NCBI GenBank assembly: GCA_963699255.1
Contig: OY969425.1
Coordinates: 90,001 to 122,000, forward strand
Direction: 5' to 3'
From: an uncultured bacterium
GTDB lineage: Bacteria; Margulisbacteria; WOR-1; CAVSGV01
Length of the DNA: 32,000 nucleotides
Shown here: piece by piece, positions 1 through 8,208 of the stretch
Layout of the letters: each line of letters starts with the position of its first letter
Position numbering within the stretch: position 1 is the first letter of the stretch
Made by a program: the position numbers and the translations under genes
Notes under the pieces: generated by a model
What the model was told of the DNA's origin: nothing
What the model saw: the letters and a program-made list of their open reading frames with translations, nothing else
The model's database searches: none

Positions 1-204
1 GGACGCGCCGTTGATGCTTTAAATAGCGTTTCAGATTCGGAAATAAACGCGAACAAACTTATCGACCAATATCTTGCAGGAAAGGTGGAACTCTCCGACG
101 TTATGGTCGCGACTTCGAAGATGACGATCGCTGTTCAGCTTGCGGTTACGACCATAACATCGGCGGTAAGTACTTTTAACCAGATAACCTCAATGGCTAT
201 TTAG
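1..204 (+). CDS. fliE: Flagellar hook-basal body protein FliE, C-terminal part (truncated by window start)
   Basis: Frame 1 reads GRAVDALNSVSDSEINANKLIDQYLAGKVELSDVMVATSKMTIAVQLAVTTITSAVSTFNQITSMAI*; typical FliE C-terminus and immediately upstream of fliF. Confidence 0.82.
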   Translation, partial: GRAVDALNSVSDSEINANKLIDQYLAGKVELSDVMVATSKMTIAVQLAVTTITSAVSTFNQITSMAI

Positions 205-239
205 TGTAATGAAGTCGCATATATGAGAAGGATGGCACA

Positions 240-1673
240 ATGGCAGAAGATGTAACACCCGCTTCGGGGGGCAGGCAGGTAATAATAATCGCAACTGTAA
301 TAGCAGTTGTTTTTTTTACAATTTTTATTTTTGGGTTGAGATCCTGTTCAACATCGCCCGATCAAGGGGCCGGAAAACCCAAACTTCCCTCCCAGGTGGT
401 CATTTATTCAAACCTGGACCTGAAGGATTCAGCGCTGGTAATAACAAGGCTCAAGGAGCTGAAAATCCCCTATGAGATAAGGGATGAAGGCCATTCAATA
501 GCCGTTCCAAGAGGCCGGGCCGATGATGCGCGGCTCGGGCTTGCGGAAAAAAATCTTCCCGCAGGCGGGACCATTGGATGGGAGATATTTGACCAGGCCA
601 GACTTGGTGCGACCGACTTCGACAGGCGTATCCAGTTCATCCGCGCGATATCAGGAGAGCTTTCAAGGACAATAAACCGGATAAGCGCCGTTGAGGACGC
701 AAGGGTCCAGATCGTGATACCCGAGACCAGTATGTTCCAGGCTACAACATCCCCTGTCACCGGGTCCGTTCTTCTAAAGTTAAAACCTGGAGAGATATTG
801 ACCAAGGGGCAGGTTAACGCCATCGTGCATCTTGTCGCGGGGAGCGTTGAGAATTTAAAGCCTGAAAATATAACCATAATAGACACGAACGGAACTATAT
901 TAACCGGAGGCGGCGCGGCAAATGAAAACATTGCGGCGAATGAAAATGTCGCGGCGACTGAAAATGTAACAGAAAACGTTCCTGCCGCTCCGGCAGAAAC
1001 GGCGGCCACGCCAAAAGTTGAGGAAAATGCAGAAGTTGTTGTGGCAAAGGAAGAGGAAAAGGCAGCTCTGGGGATCCAGGCAAAGCTTGACCTTGAAAAT
1101 TCATTGACAAGCAAGGTTCAGTCCCTGCTCAATAAGATTTTTCCTCCAAATATCGCGATCGCCAGGGTCAATGTCGATTCGATAAAAACAAGAAAGACCA
1201 CGGTCCTTATCCTGGTAGATAAGTCCTTTAAAATGAACCCCTCCATAAAAAAATCCGCATTTGAGACCGTTTCAGCGGCGGTGGGTTATGACAGAGGCAG
1301 GGGTGACAAAATAATCATGAAGAGCGTTCCTTTTCGCGTGGGAGGGCCTGTACAGGCTCAAGCTCTGGGAGAGAAAAAGCTGGAATTATTTACTTTGGCT
1401 ACTCTTAAAACGATATACCGGAAGTATGGCAGGGAATCTGCGATCGCGATCACCGTGCTTTTTGTGCTGGTCCTGTTCTCAATGTTCAGATCATTAGGAA
1501 AGGGTAAAGGGGGGCGTACTGTTGAGGAGGCTCCCGAAGAAGCGCCCGCCATAGAAGAAGAGCAACAAGAGGAAGGGATCCCTATAGTTGATCAGATGAA
1601 AGAGCTGGCGTCGAGAAATCCGGAACTTGTGGCGCAACTAATTAAATCGTGGGTTGAGGAGGAGGGGGCTTAG
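240..1673 (+). CDS. fliF: Flagellar MS-ring protein FliF (477 aa)
   Basis: N-terminal TM helix, 'VVIYSNLDLKDSALVITRLKELKIPYEI', 'RAISGELSRTINRISAVEDARVQIVIPETSMF', second TM near C-terminus and C-terminal 'NPELVAQLIKSWVEEE' FliG-binding-type tail. Confidence 0.95.
   Translation: MAEDVTPASGGRQVIIIATVIAVVFFTIFIFGLRSCSTSPDQGAGKPKLPSQVVIYSNLDLKDSALVITRLKELKIPYEIRDEGHSIAVPRGRADDARLGLAEKNLPAGGTIGWEIFDQARLGATDFDRRIQFIRAISGELSRTINRISAVEDARVQIVIPETSMFQATTSPVTGSVLLKLKPGEILTKGQVNAIVHLVAGSVENLKPENITIIDTNGTILTGGGAANENIAANENVAATENVTENVPAAPAETAATPKVEENAEVVVAKEEEKAALGIQAKLDLENSLTSKVQSLLNKIFPPNIAIARVNVDSIKTRKTTVLILVDKSFKMNPSIKKSAFETVSAAVGYDRGRGDKIIMKSVPFRVGGPVQAQALGEKKLELFTLATLKTIYRKYGRESAIAITVLFVLVLFSMFRSLGKGKGGRTVEEAPEEAPAIEEEQQEEGIPIVDQMKELASRNPELVAQLIKSWVEEEGA
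915..980 (+). repeat. Imperfect 18-bp in-frame tandem repeat (about 3.7 units) inside fliF
   Basis: gcggcaaatgaaaacatt / gcggcgaatgaaaatgtc / gcggcgactgaaaatgta / acagaaaacgtt, encoding AANENI-AANENV-AATENV-TENV. Confidence 0.8.
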
Positions 1674-2186
1674 TGTTAAAAGGGCGCGAAAGAGCTGCTG
1701 CTGTCCTGTCGCTTCTGGGAGATGAACTTTCTCAGAAGATTCTTAAGTTATCTTCCCGAAAATGACGCTGTCGCAATAATATCCGCCTCCGAACAGTTAA
1801 AGACCCCTACAAAGCAAGTGTTGCTGGATGTCGTTTCTGAATTTAATGATTACATGGTGAATGCCCAGAAAGCGCCTGTCGAGGCGGTTAAAGAAGAAGG
1901 AATAAGCGAGGCACAGCCTGTCCCCTCTGCTCAACAGGGGACCCCGCTTGATATCATTTCCAGAGCTTCTGCTCAATCTTTGGCTAAAGCGCTTGAACCT
2001 GAGAGGCCGGAGATATCCGCATATGTCCTTTCACATCTTCCGGCCGAGAAGATCTATGAGATATTGAACCTTCTTAAAGAGAATAAAGATCTGGTTGAAT
2101 CAAGGTTGCTGTCAATGAAGGATGTGCCTATTGCGAAAGAGATCGAAGATCAGGTATTGAAGAGCATATCCGAAAGGCTTACTTAA
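1673..2186 (+). CDS. fliG: FliG-like flagellar motor switch protein; frame-broken near 1722-1765 and lacking the FliG C-terminal domain (possible pseudogene or sequencing indel)
   Basis: GTG at 1673 opens VLKGRERAAAVLSLLGDELSQKILK (FliG_N signature) and then hits TGA at 1763-1765; the +1 frame continues YLPENDAVAIISASEQLKTPTKQVLLDVVSEF...SAQSLAKALEPERPEISAYVLSHLPAEKIYEIL (FliG_M-like). The six-frame track shows only 1722..2186. Confidence 0.75.
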
Positions 2187-2899
2187 TGGGCCTGATAAAA
2201 AAAGGGCACTTGATAGAAGCAGGCGTTCTTTATCTTACAGAACAGGCTCCTCAAGCTGAAGTTGAAGTTGAAGCAGCTCCTCCGCCGTCCACCGAAACTG
2301 AAATCCTGGAAACAATAGAAGCAAAAGAAGGCGAACTGAAAGGCGAGGAGCTGGTTGATTACGCTAAAGGCGAAGCGGAACAGATCTTAAAGAAGGCGAT
2401 GCAGGAAGCGGAGGCAATAAAGGAGGATGCAAAGCGGTCGGGACTTGAAGGCGCGCAAAGGATCGCGGAAGAAACGGCGTCAGAAAAAGTAAAAGAAGCC
2501 CTGGAAACATTGAATCAGGCGGCGATAGAAAGAAAAAAGATCATAAAGGACGCGGAAAGCGAGATACTTCGTCTCGCCTTAAAGGTGGCTGAACAGATCA
2601 TAAAATCAGAAGTGTCCCTTCACAGGGATGTGTCGTTGAATATCGTATCTGATGCGATAAGCAGGGTAAGCGACAGGGAACAGGTCATAATAAGGGTCAA
2701 CAAGGATGATGTCGAAAACATTAAAAAAAACAAAGACCGGATCAGCAGCATCGTCGATGGGATAAAAAGTCTTTCCATCGTGGAGGACGCCGGGGTGGAG
2801 CCGGGAGGATGCGTGATCGAGACGAATCTTGGTTATGTCGACGCAAGAATATCCACAAAGATAGCCGCAATAGAAGAAGCCTTCCGAAAGGTAAAGTAA
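2186..2899 (+). CDS. fliH: Flagellar assembly protein FliH (export ATPase regulator)
   Basis: Long helical segment followed by 'LRLALKVAEQIIKSEVSLHRDVSLNIVSDAISRV...VNKDDVENIKKNK...SLSIVEDAGVEPGGCVIETNLGYVDARISTKIAAIEEAF'; position between fliG and fliI. Confidence 0.9.
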   Translation: MGLIKKGHLIEAGVLYLTEQAPQAEVEVEAAPPPSTETEILETIEAKEGELKGEELVDYAKGEAEQILKKAMQEAEAIKEDAKRSGLEGAQRIAEETASEKVKEALETLNQAAIERKKIIKDAESEILRLALKVAEQIIKSEVSLHRDVSLNIVSDAISRVSDREQVIIRVNKDDVENIKKNKDRISSIVDGIKSLSIVEDAGVEPGGCVIETNLGYVDARISTKIAAIEEAFRKVK

Positions 2900-4213
2900 A
2901 TGATCGACATGGATTTTGAAAAATACCACAGAGCAGTAGAGCGTGCAGACCTTGTCAAAGTCATTGGTAAGGTCGTTCAGGTCGTGGGTCTTATCATTGA
3001 AGCGCAGGTGCAGGGGGTATCCGTAGGGGACCTTTGCACGCTAAGAATCGGCAAAGGCGATGTCGAATCACATGCCGAGGTGGTCGGCTTCAGGGAGGGA
3101 AGGGTCCTGCTAATGCCTCTGGGCACAACTGCAGGGATCTCTCCCGGAAGCATGGTGATCGCGGCCGGTCATCCGCTCAAGGTCAAGGTAGGTCCCAAGC
3201 TTCTGGGCAGGGTCCTTGGCGGGCTGGGAGAACCGATAGATGATAAAGGGCCGGTCGAATATGAAACAGAGAATGCCCTTGATGCCGATCCCCCTGATCC
3301 CGTAAAAAGGCCCCGGGTGACCGAGGTTTTAAGGGTCGGCATACGGGCGATAGACGGGCTTCTTACCTGCGGAAGGGGGCAGCGTATAGGTATATTTGCG
3401 GGGTCTGGAGTAGGGAAAAGCACGCTTATGGGTATGATAGCCAGGAATGCCGAAGCGGATGTTAACGTGATATCACTTATAGGCGAACGCGGAAGAGAAG
3501 TAAGGGATTTCATCGAGGAATCTCTGGGGGATGAAGGATTAAAAAAATCCGTAGTGATCGTTGCCACATCCGACCAGCCGCCGCTCATCAGGCTGAAAGG
3601 CGCTTTCGTCGGGACGGCCATTGCCGAATATTTCCGCAACAAGGGCCTTAAGGTCATTTTGATGATGGATTCCGTGACAAGATTTGCCATGGCACAGAGG
3701 GAGATCGGCCTTGCCACGGGAGAGCCGCCGACCACAAGGGGATATACGCCGTCGGTATTTGCGCTTCTGCCGAGGCTTATGGAGAGGTCCGGCACGGCCG
3801 AGGTCGGATCGATAACGGCTTTCTACACGATATTGGTCGAGGGCGATGATTTTAATGAGCCCATTGCGGATCAATCGAGGTCGATCCTGGACGGACACAT
3901 AATACTTTCAAGGGATCTGGCCGCGAAGAACCATTATCCCGCCATTAACATCCCGCAGTCGGTGAGCAGGCTCATGACGAATCTGGTCTCCGACGAACAC
4001 AAGGAAGCGGCGGCGAAGCTGAGGGAGGTCCTTGCGAGACATGCGGAAGCGGAGGATCTGATAAATATAGGCGCTTACGTGAAGGGGAGCAACCCCAAGA
4101 TCGATTATGCGATAAGTAAGATCGACGAGGTAAATGAATTCCTGAAACAGGGGACATTTGAGCAGGTCGACTATGAGGAAACGGTCGAGAGGCTGCTCAG
4201 TATATTTTATTGA
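2900..4213 (+). CDS. fliI: Flagellum-specific ATP synthase FliI
   Basis: Walker A GIFAGSGVGKSTLMGMIAR, 'SLIGERGREVRDFIEESL', 'VILMMDSVTRFAMAQREIGLATGEPPTTRGYTPSVFALLPRLMERSG'. Confidence 0.97.
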   Translation: MIDMDFEKYHRAVERADLVKVIGKVVQVVGLIIEAQVQGVSVGDLCTLRIGKGDVESHAEVVGFREGRVLLMPLGTTAGISPGSMVIAAGHPLKVKVGPKLLGRVLGGLGEPIDDKGPVEYETENALDADPPDPVKRPRVTEVLRVGIRAIDGLLTCGRGQRIGIFAGSGVGKSTLMGMIARNAEADVNVISLIGERGREVRDFIEESLGDEGLKKSVVIVATSDQPPLIRLKGAFVGTAIAEYFRNKGLKVILMMDSVTRFAMAQREIGLATGEPPTTRGYTPSVFALLPRLMERSGTAEVGSITAFYTILVEGDDFNEPIADQSRSILDGHIILSRDLAAKNHYPAINIPQSVSRLMTNLVSDEHKEAAAKLREVLARHAEAEDLINIGAYVKGSNPKIDYAISKIDEVNEFLKQGTFEQVDYEETVERLLSIFY

Positions 4214-4227
4214 TCAAGGAGTAGTTT

Positions 4228-4695
4228 ATGCCGCGCGAGCAAAAACCCGGAAAATTCAAATATTCTCTTGAGACCGTTCTTAAGGTAAGAGGAATAAGGG
4301 AACGCAAGGAAAAAGAGAGGTTCGCCGAAAAAGAAAGAGAATATAACACAGAAAAACTGAAGGAAGAACAGCTTGAGGAAGAAAAAACGGAAAAAGAGGG
4401 CGAACTGAAGCATATCATCAAGAAGGGGCCGATATCGGAATTCGAAAAAGTGCTCAGGCGGCACGCTCATCTCGGGGTCTTGAGGAAGGATATCGACGAA
4501 CAGATAGAAAAAGTGATAGATGCTTCTAAGCGTCTCGAGACGCAGAGGGCAAAGCTAGTTGAGTCGATGAAGGAAAGGAAGATCATGGAAAAGGACAAGG
4601 AGCATAAGCTGAGTGATTATGATATTATGATGAAAGACCTGGAGATCAAGTTCCTTGATGAAATAGCTACTGAGCGTTTTAAACGGGGGCTTTAG
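4228..4695 (+). CDS. fliJ: Flagellar export chaperone FliJ
   Basis: 154-aa coiled-coil protein 'FKYSLETVLKVRGIRERKEKERFAEKEREYN...' directly after fliI. Confidence 0.8.
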   Translation: MPREQKPGKFKYSLETVLKVRGIRERKEKERFAEKEREYNTEKLKEEQLEEEKTEKEGELKHIIKKGPISEFEKVLRRHAHLGVLRKDIDEQIEKVIDASKRLETQRAKLVESMKERKIMEKDKEHKLSDYDIMMKDLEIKFLDEIATERFKRGL

Positions 4696-4870
4696 CTACC
4701 CGGCCCGCCTTCAGGCACTTGGTGCAGACATATTTTTTCATTATTTTATTGCCGACCAGAATTCGGACATGCTGCAGATTCGGCCGCCACAGCCTTTTTG
4801 ACTTTCTGTTCGAATGGCTTACTTTGTTGCCGACACTTGGCTTTTTCTTGCAAACAAAACAAATTCTCAT
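4679..4870 (-). CDS. rpmB: 50S ribosomal protein L28 (four-cysteine, zinc-ribbon type)
   Basis: MRICFVCKKKPSVGNKVSHSNRKSKRLWRPNLQHVRILVGNKIMKKYVCTKCLKAGRVAKAPV; the track start at 4906 adds 12 residues that look non-homologous, so internal Met at 4870 is preferred. Confidence 0.93.
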   Translation of the reverse strand: MRICFVCKKKPSVGNKVSHSNRKSKRLWRPNLQHVRILVGNKIMKKYVCTKCLKAGRVAKAPV

Positions 4871-4931
4871 GGGGCACAGTCTACCATAAGAGCCATAATA
4901 TTTCAACTAGCTATGAACATGAGAGATTATA

Positions 4932-4999
4932 CCCCATAATAAATTATGGGGAATGATGTTGGCCAATAGTTTCCCTATTCCCCACATTTGAATGTGGGG
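4932..4999. repeat. Paired palindromes (CCCCATAAT-AA-ATTATGGGG ... CCCCACATT-TG-AATGTGGGG) in the rpmB/recG divergent intergenic region; possible attenuator/terminator or short paired-hairpin element
   Basis: Two perfect 9-bp inverted repeats at 4932-4951 and 4980-4999; GGGGAAT (4948-4954) also pairs with ATTCCCC (4977-4983); the second hairpin is followed by TGTTTT. Confidence 0.6.
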
Positions 5000-5037
5000 T
5001 GTTTTACGTTAGTTATATGATAAAATTGAGGTCCCTT

Positions 5038-7050
5038 ATGCAAAACATCCTTGTTAGGTACCTCAAAGGCGTGGGGCCGAAACTGGCCGAAATGCTGTCA
5101 AATATCGGCGTTGAGACGGTGGATGACCTGATATATTACTTTCCCCGCGAATACGAGGACAGAAGCAACCCCGTACCCATCGCGAAACTTGTGCCCGGCA
5201 GGGAAGCTATAATAAAAGTCGAGATAGTCAAAGTGTCCGGCTCGCGCACAAAAAGGAATTTCTCGATAATAAAAAGCGTCGTCAAGGATGCTTCCGGCAG
5301 CATCAAGGTCATCTGGTTCAACCAGCCGTATCTGGTGAGGATCCTTAAACCCGGAGTTTCCCTGTTCATATCGGGGAAACTTGATAGGGACCAATATTCA
5401 AGTGAGATGCTGTTCGTCCCCCGGAACTTTGATGTGATCGGCGAACTCAACAAGAACGACCTCATAGTCCCTATATACAGCCTTACCGAAGGTATAACCC
5501 AGAAGTTCTTGAGGCGTATCATAAAGGGCGCCCTTGAGCAGCGGCTGAATGAGATCGTTGATCCCTTGCCTGACTTCATCATAAAAAAATTCAAGCTGCC
5601 TCCTCTTCACGGATCTATTTCCGCGCTCCATTTCCCTTCGGATATGGGCAAGGTTTCCGTTTCAAGGCGCCGTATCGCATTCGATGAGCTTCTTATTTTC
5701 CAGCTCGGCCTTCTTTACAGTAGAAAGCAAATTGACGGGATCGCTGGTATGTCTTTTGACCCGGAGGGTGGGATGGTAGATAAGTTCAAGAAGATCTTGC
5801 CGTTCTCATTTACAAAAGCCCAGCAAAGGGTCCTTGAGGACATTGTGTCCGACATGAGATCCAAAAAAGTAATGAACAGGCTCCTTCAGGGGGATGTGGG
5901 TTGCGGCAAGACGGTGGTCGCGCTCTATGCGATGGTCATTGCTGTTCAGAGCGGATATCAGGCAGCTATCATGGGCCCGACCGAAATACTCGCGAACCAG
6001 CATTTCAATAAGATCAAAGATCTAGTCAATGATATCGGTATCGAAGTGTTTTTGTTGACCGGGACCAAGCATGGCTTAAGGAAGGAAATGTTCGAAAAAC
6101 TCGATAAGGGAGAACCGCTGATAATCGTAGGTACTCATGCTTTGATCGAAGACCCCGTGAGGTTCGGCAAGCTGGGCCTGGTCGTGATAGATGAACAGCA
6201 CCGGTTCGGGGTTGAACAGAGAGCTAAACTGCGTCAAAAAGGGGAGAACATCGATCTGCTCGTCATGACCGCGACCCCCATCCCAAGAACGCTCGCGCTT
6301 ACATTATATGGCGACCTTGACAGGTCGGTCATCGATGAAATGCCGCCCGGAAGGACAAAGATCGTTACGAGATACGTTCGAGACAAAGAAAGGCCCAGGC
6401 TCTATGAGTTTTTAAGGGGACAGATCGCGGCCGGACGCCAGTCTTATGTCGTATGTCCCCTGGTGGAAGAATCGGAGAAGATCGATCTCAAGGCCGCGAC
6501 GGAAGAGGCGGAGGTCCTGAAAAAGACATTTCCCGGATACAGGATCGGACTTATTCACGGACGAATGAAAGGGGAGCAGAAGGACAAGGTAATGAAGGAT
6601 TTTCTTAGCGGAAAGATAAATGTCCTTGTCTCAACTACCGTGATAGAAGTGGGGATAGACGTCCCTAATTCAACCATCATGATCATCGAACACAGCGAAC
6701 GTTTCGGGCTGTCCCAGCTTCACCAGCTTCGCGGCAGGATAGGAAGAGGAACAGAGCAATCGTACTGCTTCCTGACGGGATATCCGGCCAGCGATACGGC
6801 AAAAGCGAGGATAGACGCAATGCTTCGCACGACGGACGGCTTCAAGATAGCCGAGGAGGACCTAAAACTCAGAGGCCCCGGCGAGTTTTTGGGCGTTCGC
6901 CAGTCGGGTTTGCCAAATTTCCGCGTAGCTGATATAATCAAAGATGAGGAGATCATAAGAGAAGCCAGAGAAGCGGCTTTAATGCTGATACAGCAGGGCT
7001 TTTCTCCTCAGAGTTTCAACATAAAAGTTTGGGGCAATAAGCTAGAGTGA
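5038..7050 (+). CDS. recG: ATP-dependent DNA helicase RecG
   Basis: 'VGPKLAEMLSNIGVETVDDLIYYFPREYEDRS', 'MNRLLQGDVGCGKTVVALYAM', 'VVIDEQHRFGVEQRAKL', 'MTATPIPRTLALTLYGDLDRSVIDEMPPGR'. GAGG 7 nt before ATG 5038 supports this start over 4999. Confidence 0.97.
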   Translation: MQNILVRYLKGVGPKLAEMLSNIGVETVDDLIYYFPREYEDRSNPVPIAKLVPGREAIIKVEIVKVSGSRTKRNFSIIKSVVKDASGSIKVIWFNQPYLVRILKPGVSLFISGKLDRDQYSSEMLFVPRNFDVIGELNKNDLIVPIYSLTEGITQKFLRRIIKGALEQRLNEIVDPLPDFIIKKFKLPPLHGSISALHFPSDMGKVSVSRRRIAFDELLIFQLGLLYSRKQIDGIAGMSFDPEGGMVDKFKKILPFSFTKAQQRVLEDIVSDMRSKKVMNRLLQGDVGCGKTVVALYAMVIAVQSGYQAAIMGPTEILANQHFNKIKDLVNDIGIEVFLLTGTKHGLRKEMFEKLDKGEPLIIVGTHALIEDPVRFGKLGLVVIDEQHRFGVEQRAKLRQKGENIDLLVMTATPIPRTLALTLYGDLDRSVIDEMPPGRTKIVTRYVRDKERPRLYEFLRGQIAAGRQSYVVCPLVEESEKIDLKAATEEAEVLKKTFPGYRIGLIHGRMKGEQKDKVMKDFLSGKINVLVSTTVIEVGIDVPNSTIMIIEHSERFGLSQLHQLRGRIGRGTEQSYCFLTGYPASDTAKARIDAMLRTTDGFKIAEEDLKLRGPGEFLGVRQSGLPNFRVADIIKDEEIIREAREAALMLIQQGFSPQSFNIKVWGNKLE

Positions 7051-7622
7051 GAGTAATAGCCGGACTCGCAAAAGGTAAAAAGCTGCGTTATCCAAAGCTT
7101 TCGAAGGACAAGAGGCTGCGTCCGTTGACGGGAAGGGCAAAAGGGGCCCTTTTTAATATTCTTGTCAGCAAAAATCCGGACGCCAGGTTCCTTGATCTGT
7201 TCGCGGGGACGGGATCCGTCGGGATCGAGGCTCTGTCCCGCGGAGCCGGTCTTGCTATCTTTGTGGAGTTTGACCTGAAAACGGTCCAGATATTGAGAGA
7301 AAATCTCGACCTAACGGGTTTTACGGACAGGGCAGAAGTATATTGCCTTGATGTCATTAAGGCAATAAAGATAATTGATAAGGCCAAAGGCAAATTTGAC
7401 ATAATATTCATCGGGGCTCCGTACGGAAGCCCGATGCTTGAAGAAACACTTAAGGCTCTGGCGGCAGCGGATATAGCGGACAGCAAAGCTGTCGTGGTGG
7501 CCGAACACAGTGCGAGGGACAAGGTTTCGGATGAATACGGAAAGCTGGTAAAGTTCAGGGATTCCAGATACGGGGACACGGTTCTATCGTTTTATAGCCT
7601 CACCCCTAACCCCTCTCCATGA
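7047..7622 (+). CDS. rsmD: RsmD-family 16S rRNA (guanine-N2) methyltransferase
   Basis: 'MRVIAGLAKGKKLRYPK', 'RPLTGRAKGALFNIL', 'FLDLFAGTGSVGIEALSRGAG'; next to coaD as often seen. C-terminal residues and stop lie in the 98-bp element. Confidence 0.88.
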   Translation: MRVIAGLAKGKKLRYPKLSKDKRLRPLTGRAKGALFNILVSKNPDARFLDLFAGTGSVGIEALSRGAGLAIFVEFDLKTVQILRENLDLTGFTDRAEVYCLDVIKAIKIIDKAKGKFDIIFIGAPYGSPMLEETLKALAAADIADSKAVVVAEHSARDKVSDEYGKLVKFRDSRYGDTVLSFYSLTPNPSP

Positions 7623-7695
7623 AATGGAGAGGGGAAAAATAGGCTGAAGTTATGTTTCCCTTCTCCACAAAGTGGAGAAGGGATAGGGATGAGGT
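7598..7695. repeat. 98-bp interspersed paired-hairpin element, copy 1 (imperfect terminal inverted repeats)
   Basis: cctcacccctaacccctctccatgaaatggagagggg...tttcccttctccacaaagtggagaagggatagggatgaggt; same length and plan as 29694-29791. Confidence 0.85.
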
Positions 7696-7707
7696 AGGAA
7701 GGCATAG

Positions 7708-8208
7708 ATGAAGATAGCAGTTTATCCGGGCAGTTTTGACCCGGTAACAAATGGGCATGTTGATATAGTCGAGAGAGCCGCCAAGATATTCGATCTCGTC
7801 TATGTGGCTATCATAGCCAACCCCGAGAAAACCCCTTACTTTGACATTGATGAAAGAAAAGAAATGTTGAGAGCCGCTGTCCGCCATATAAAAAAAGCAA
7901 AGGTTGACAGTTTCAATGGCCTTCTTGTTGATTATGCCGCATCAAAAAGGGCATGCTCGATAGTAAGAGGCCTCAGGGCGGTATCTGATTTTGACTATGA
8001 ATTCCAGATGGCCCTTACGAACCTGAGGATGTGTCCCGAAATAGAGACGATCTTCATCATGACCGACTATAAATACTCGTATCTCAGTTCAAGTCTGGTG
8101 AAACAGATCGCTTCCCTCGGGGGAAATGTTTCAGGGCTTGTTCCAAAGACTGTATTAAATAAGCTGAAAAAAACTCCGGCGCTATACCGGGGCTTGTCCC
8201 GACCGTAG
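7708..8208 (+). CDS. coaD: Phosphopantetheine adenylyltransferase
   Basis: 'MKIAVYPGSFDPVTNGHVDIVERAAKIFD', 'GLRAVSDFDYEFQMALTNLRM', 'YSYLSSSLVKQIASLGGNVSGLVP'. Confidence 0.96.
   Translation: MKIAVYPGSFDPVTNGHVDIVERAAKIFDLVYVAIIANPEKTPYFDIDERKEMLRAAVRHIKKAKVDSFNGLLVDYAASKRACSIVRGLRAVSDFDYEFQMALTNLRMCPEIETIFIMTDYKYSYLSSSLVKQIASLGGNVSGLVPKTVLNKLKKTPALYRGLSRP

Noticed and set aside
470-1114. 214-aa minus-strand ORF inside fliF
   Set aside because: Shadow of the fliF coding strand; Ser/Ala/Phe-rich translation typical of antisense of Glu/Lys/Ala-rich coding sequence, no recognisable domain.
1721-1751. Programmed frameshift as a firm call for fliG
   Set aside because: CTT AAG T resembles some +1 shift contexts but there is no identifiable stimulator, and a sequencing or assembly indel is at least as likely; kept only as a hypothesis.
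3169-3795. 208-aa minus-strand ORF inside fliI
   Set aside because: Fully antisense to highly conserved fliI; no recognisable protein signature.
4999-5037. N-terminal extension of RecG in the ORF track (MFYVSYMIKLRSL)
   Set aside because: Start would lie in the palindrome; a GAGG ribosome-binding site sits just before ATG 5038.
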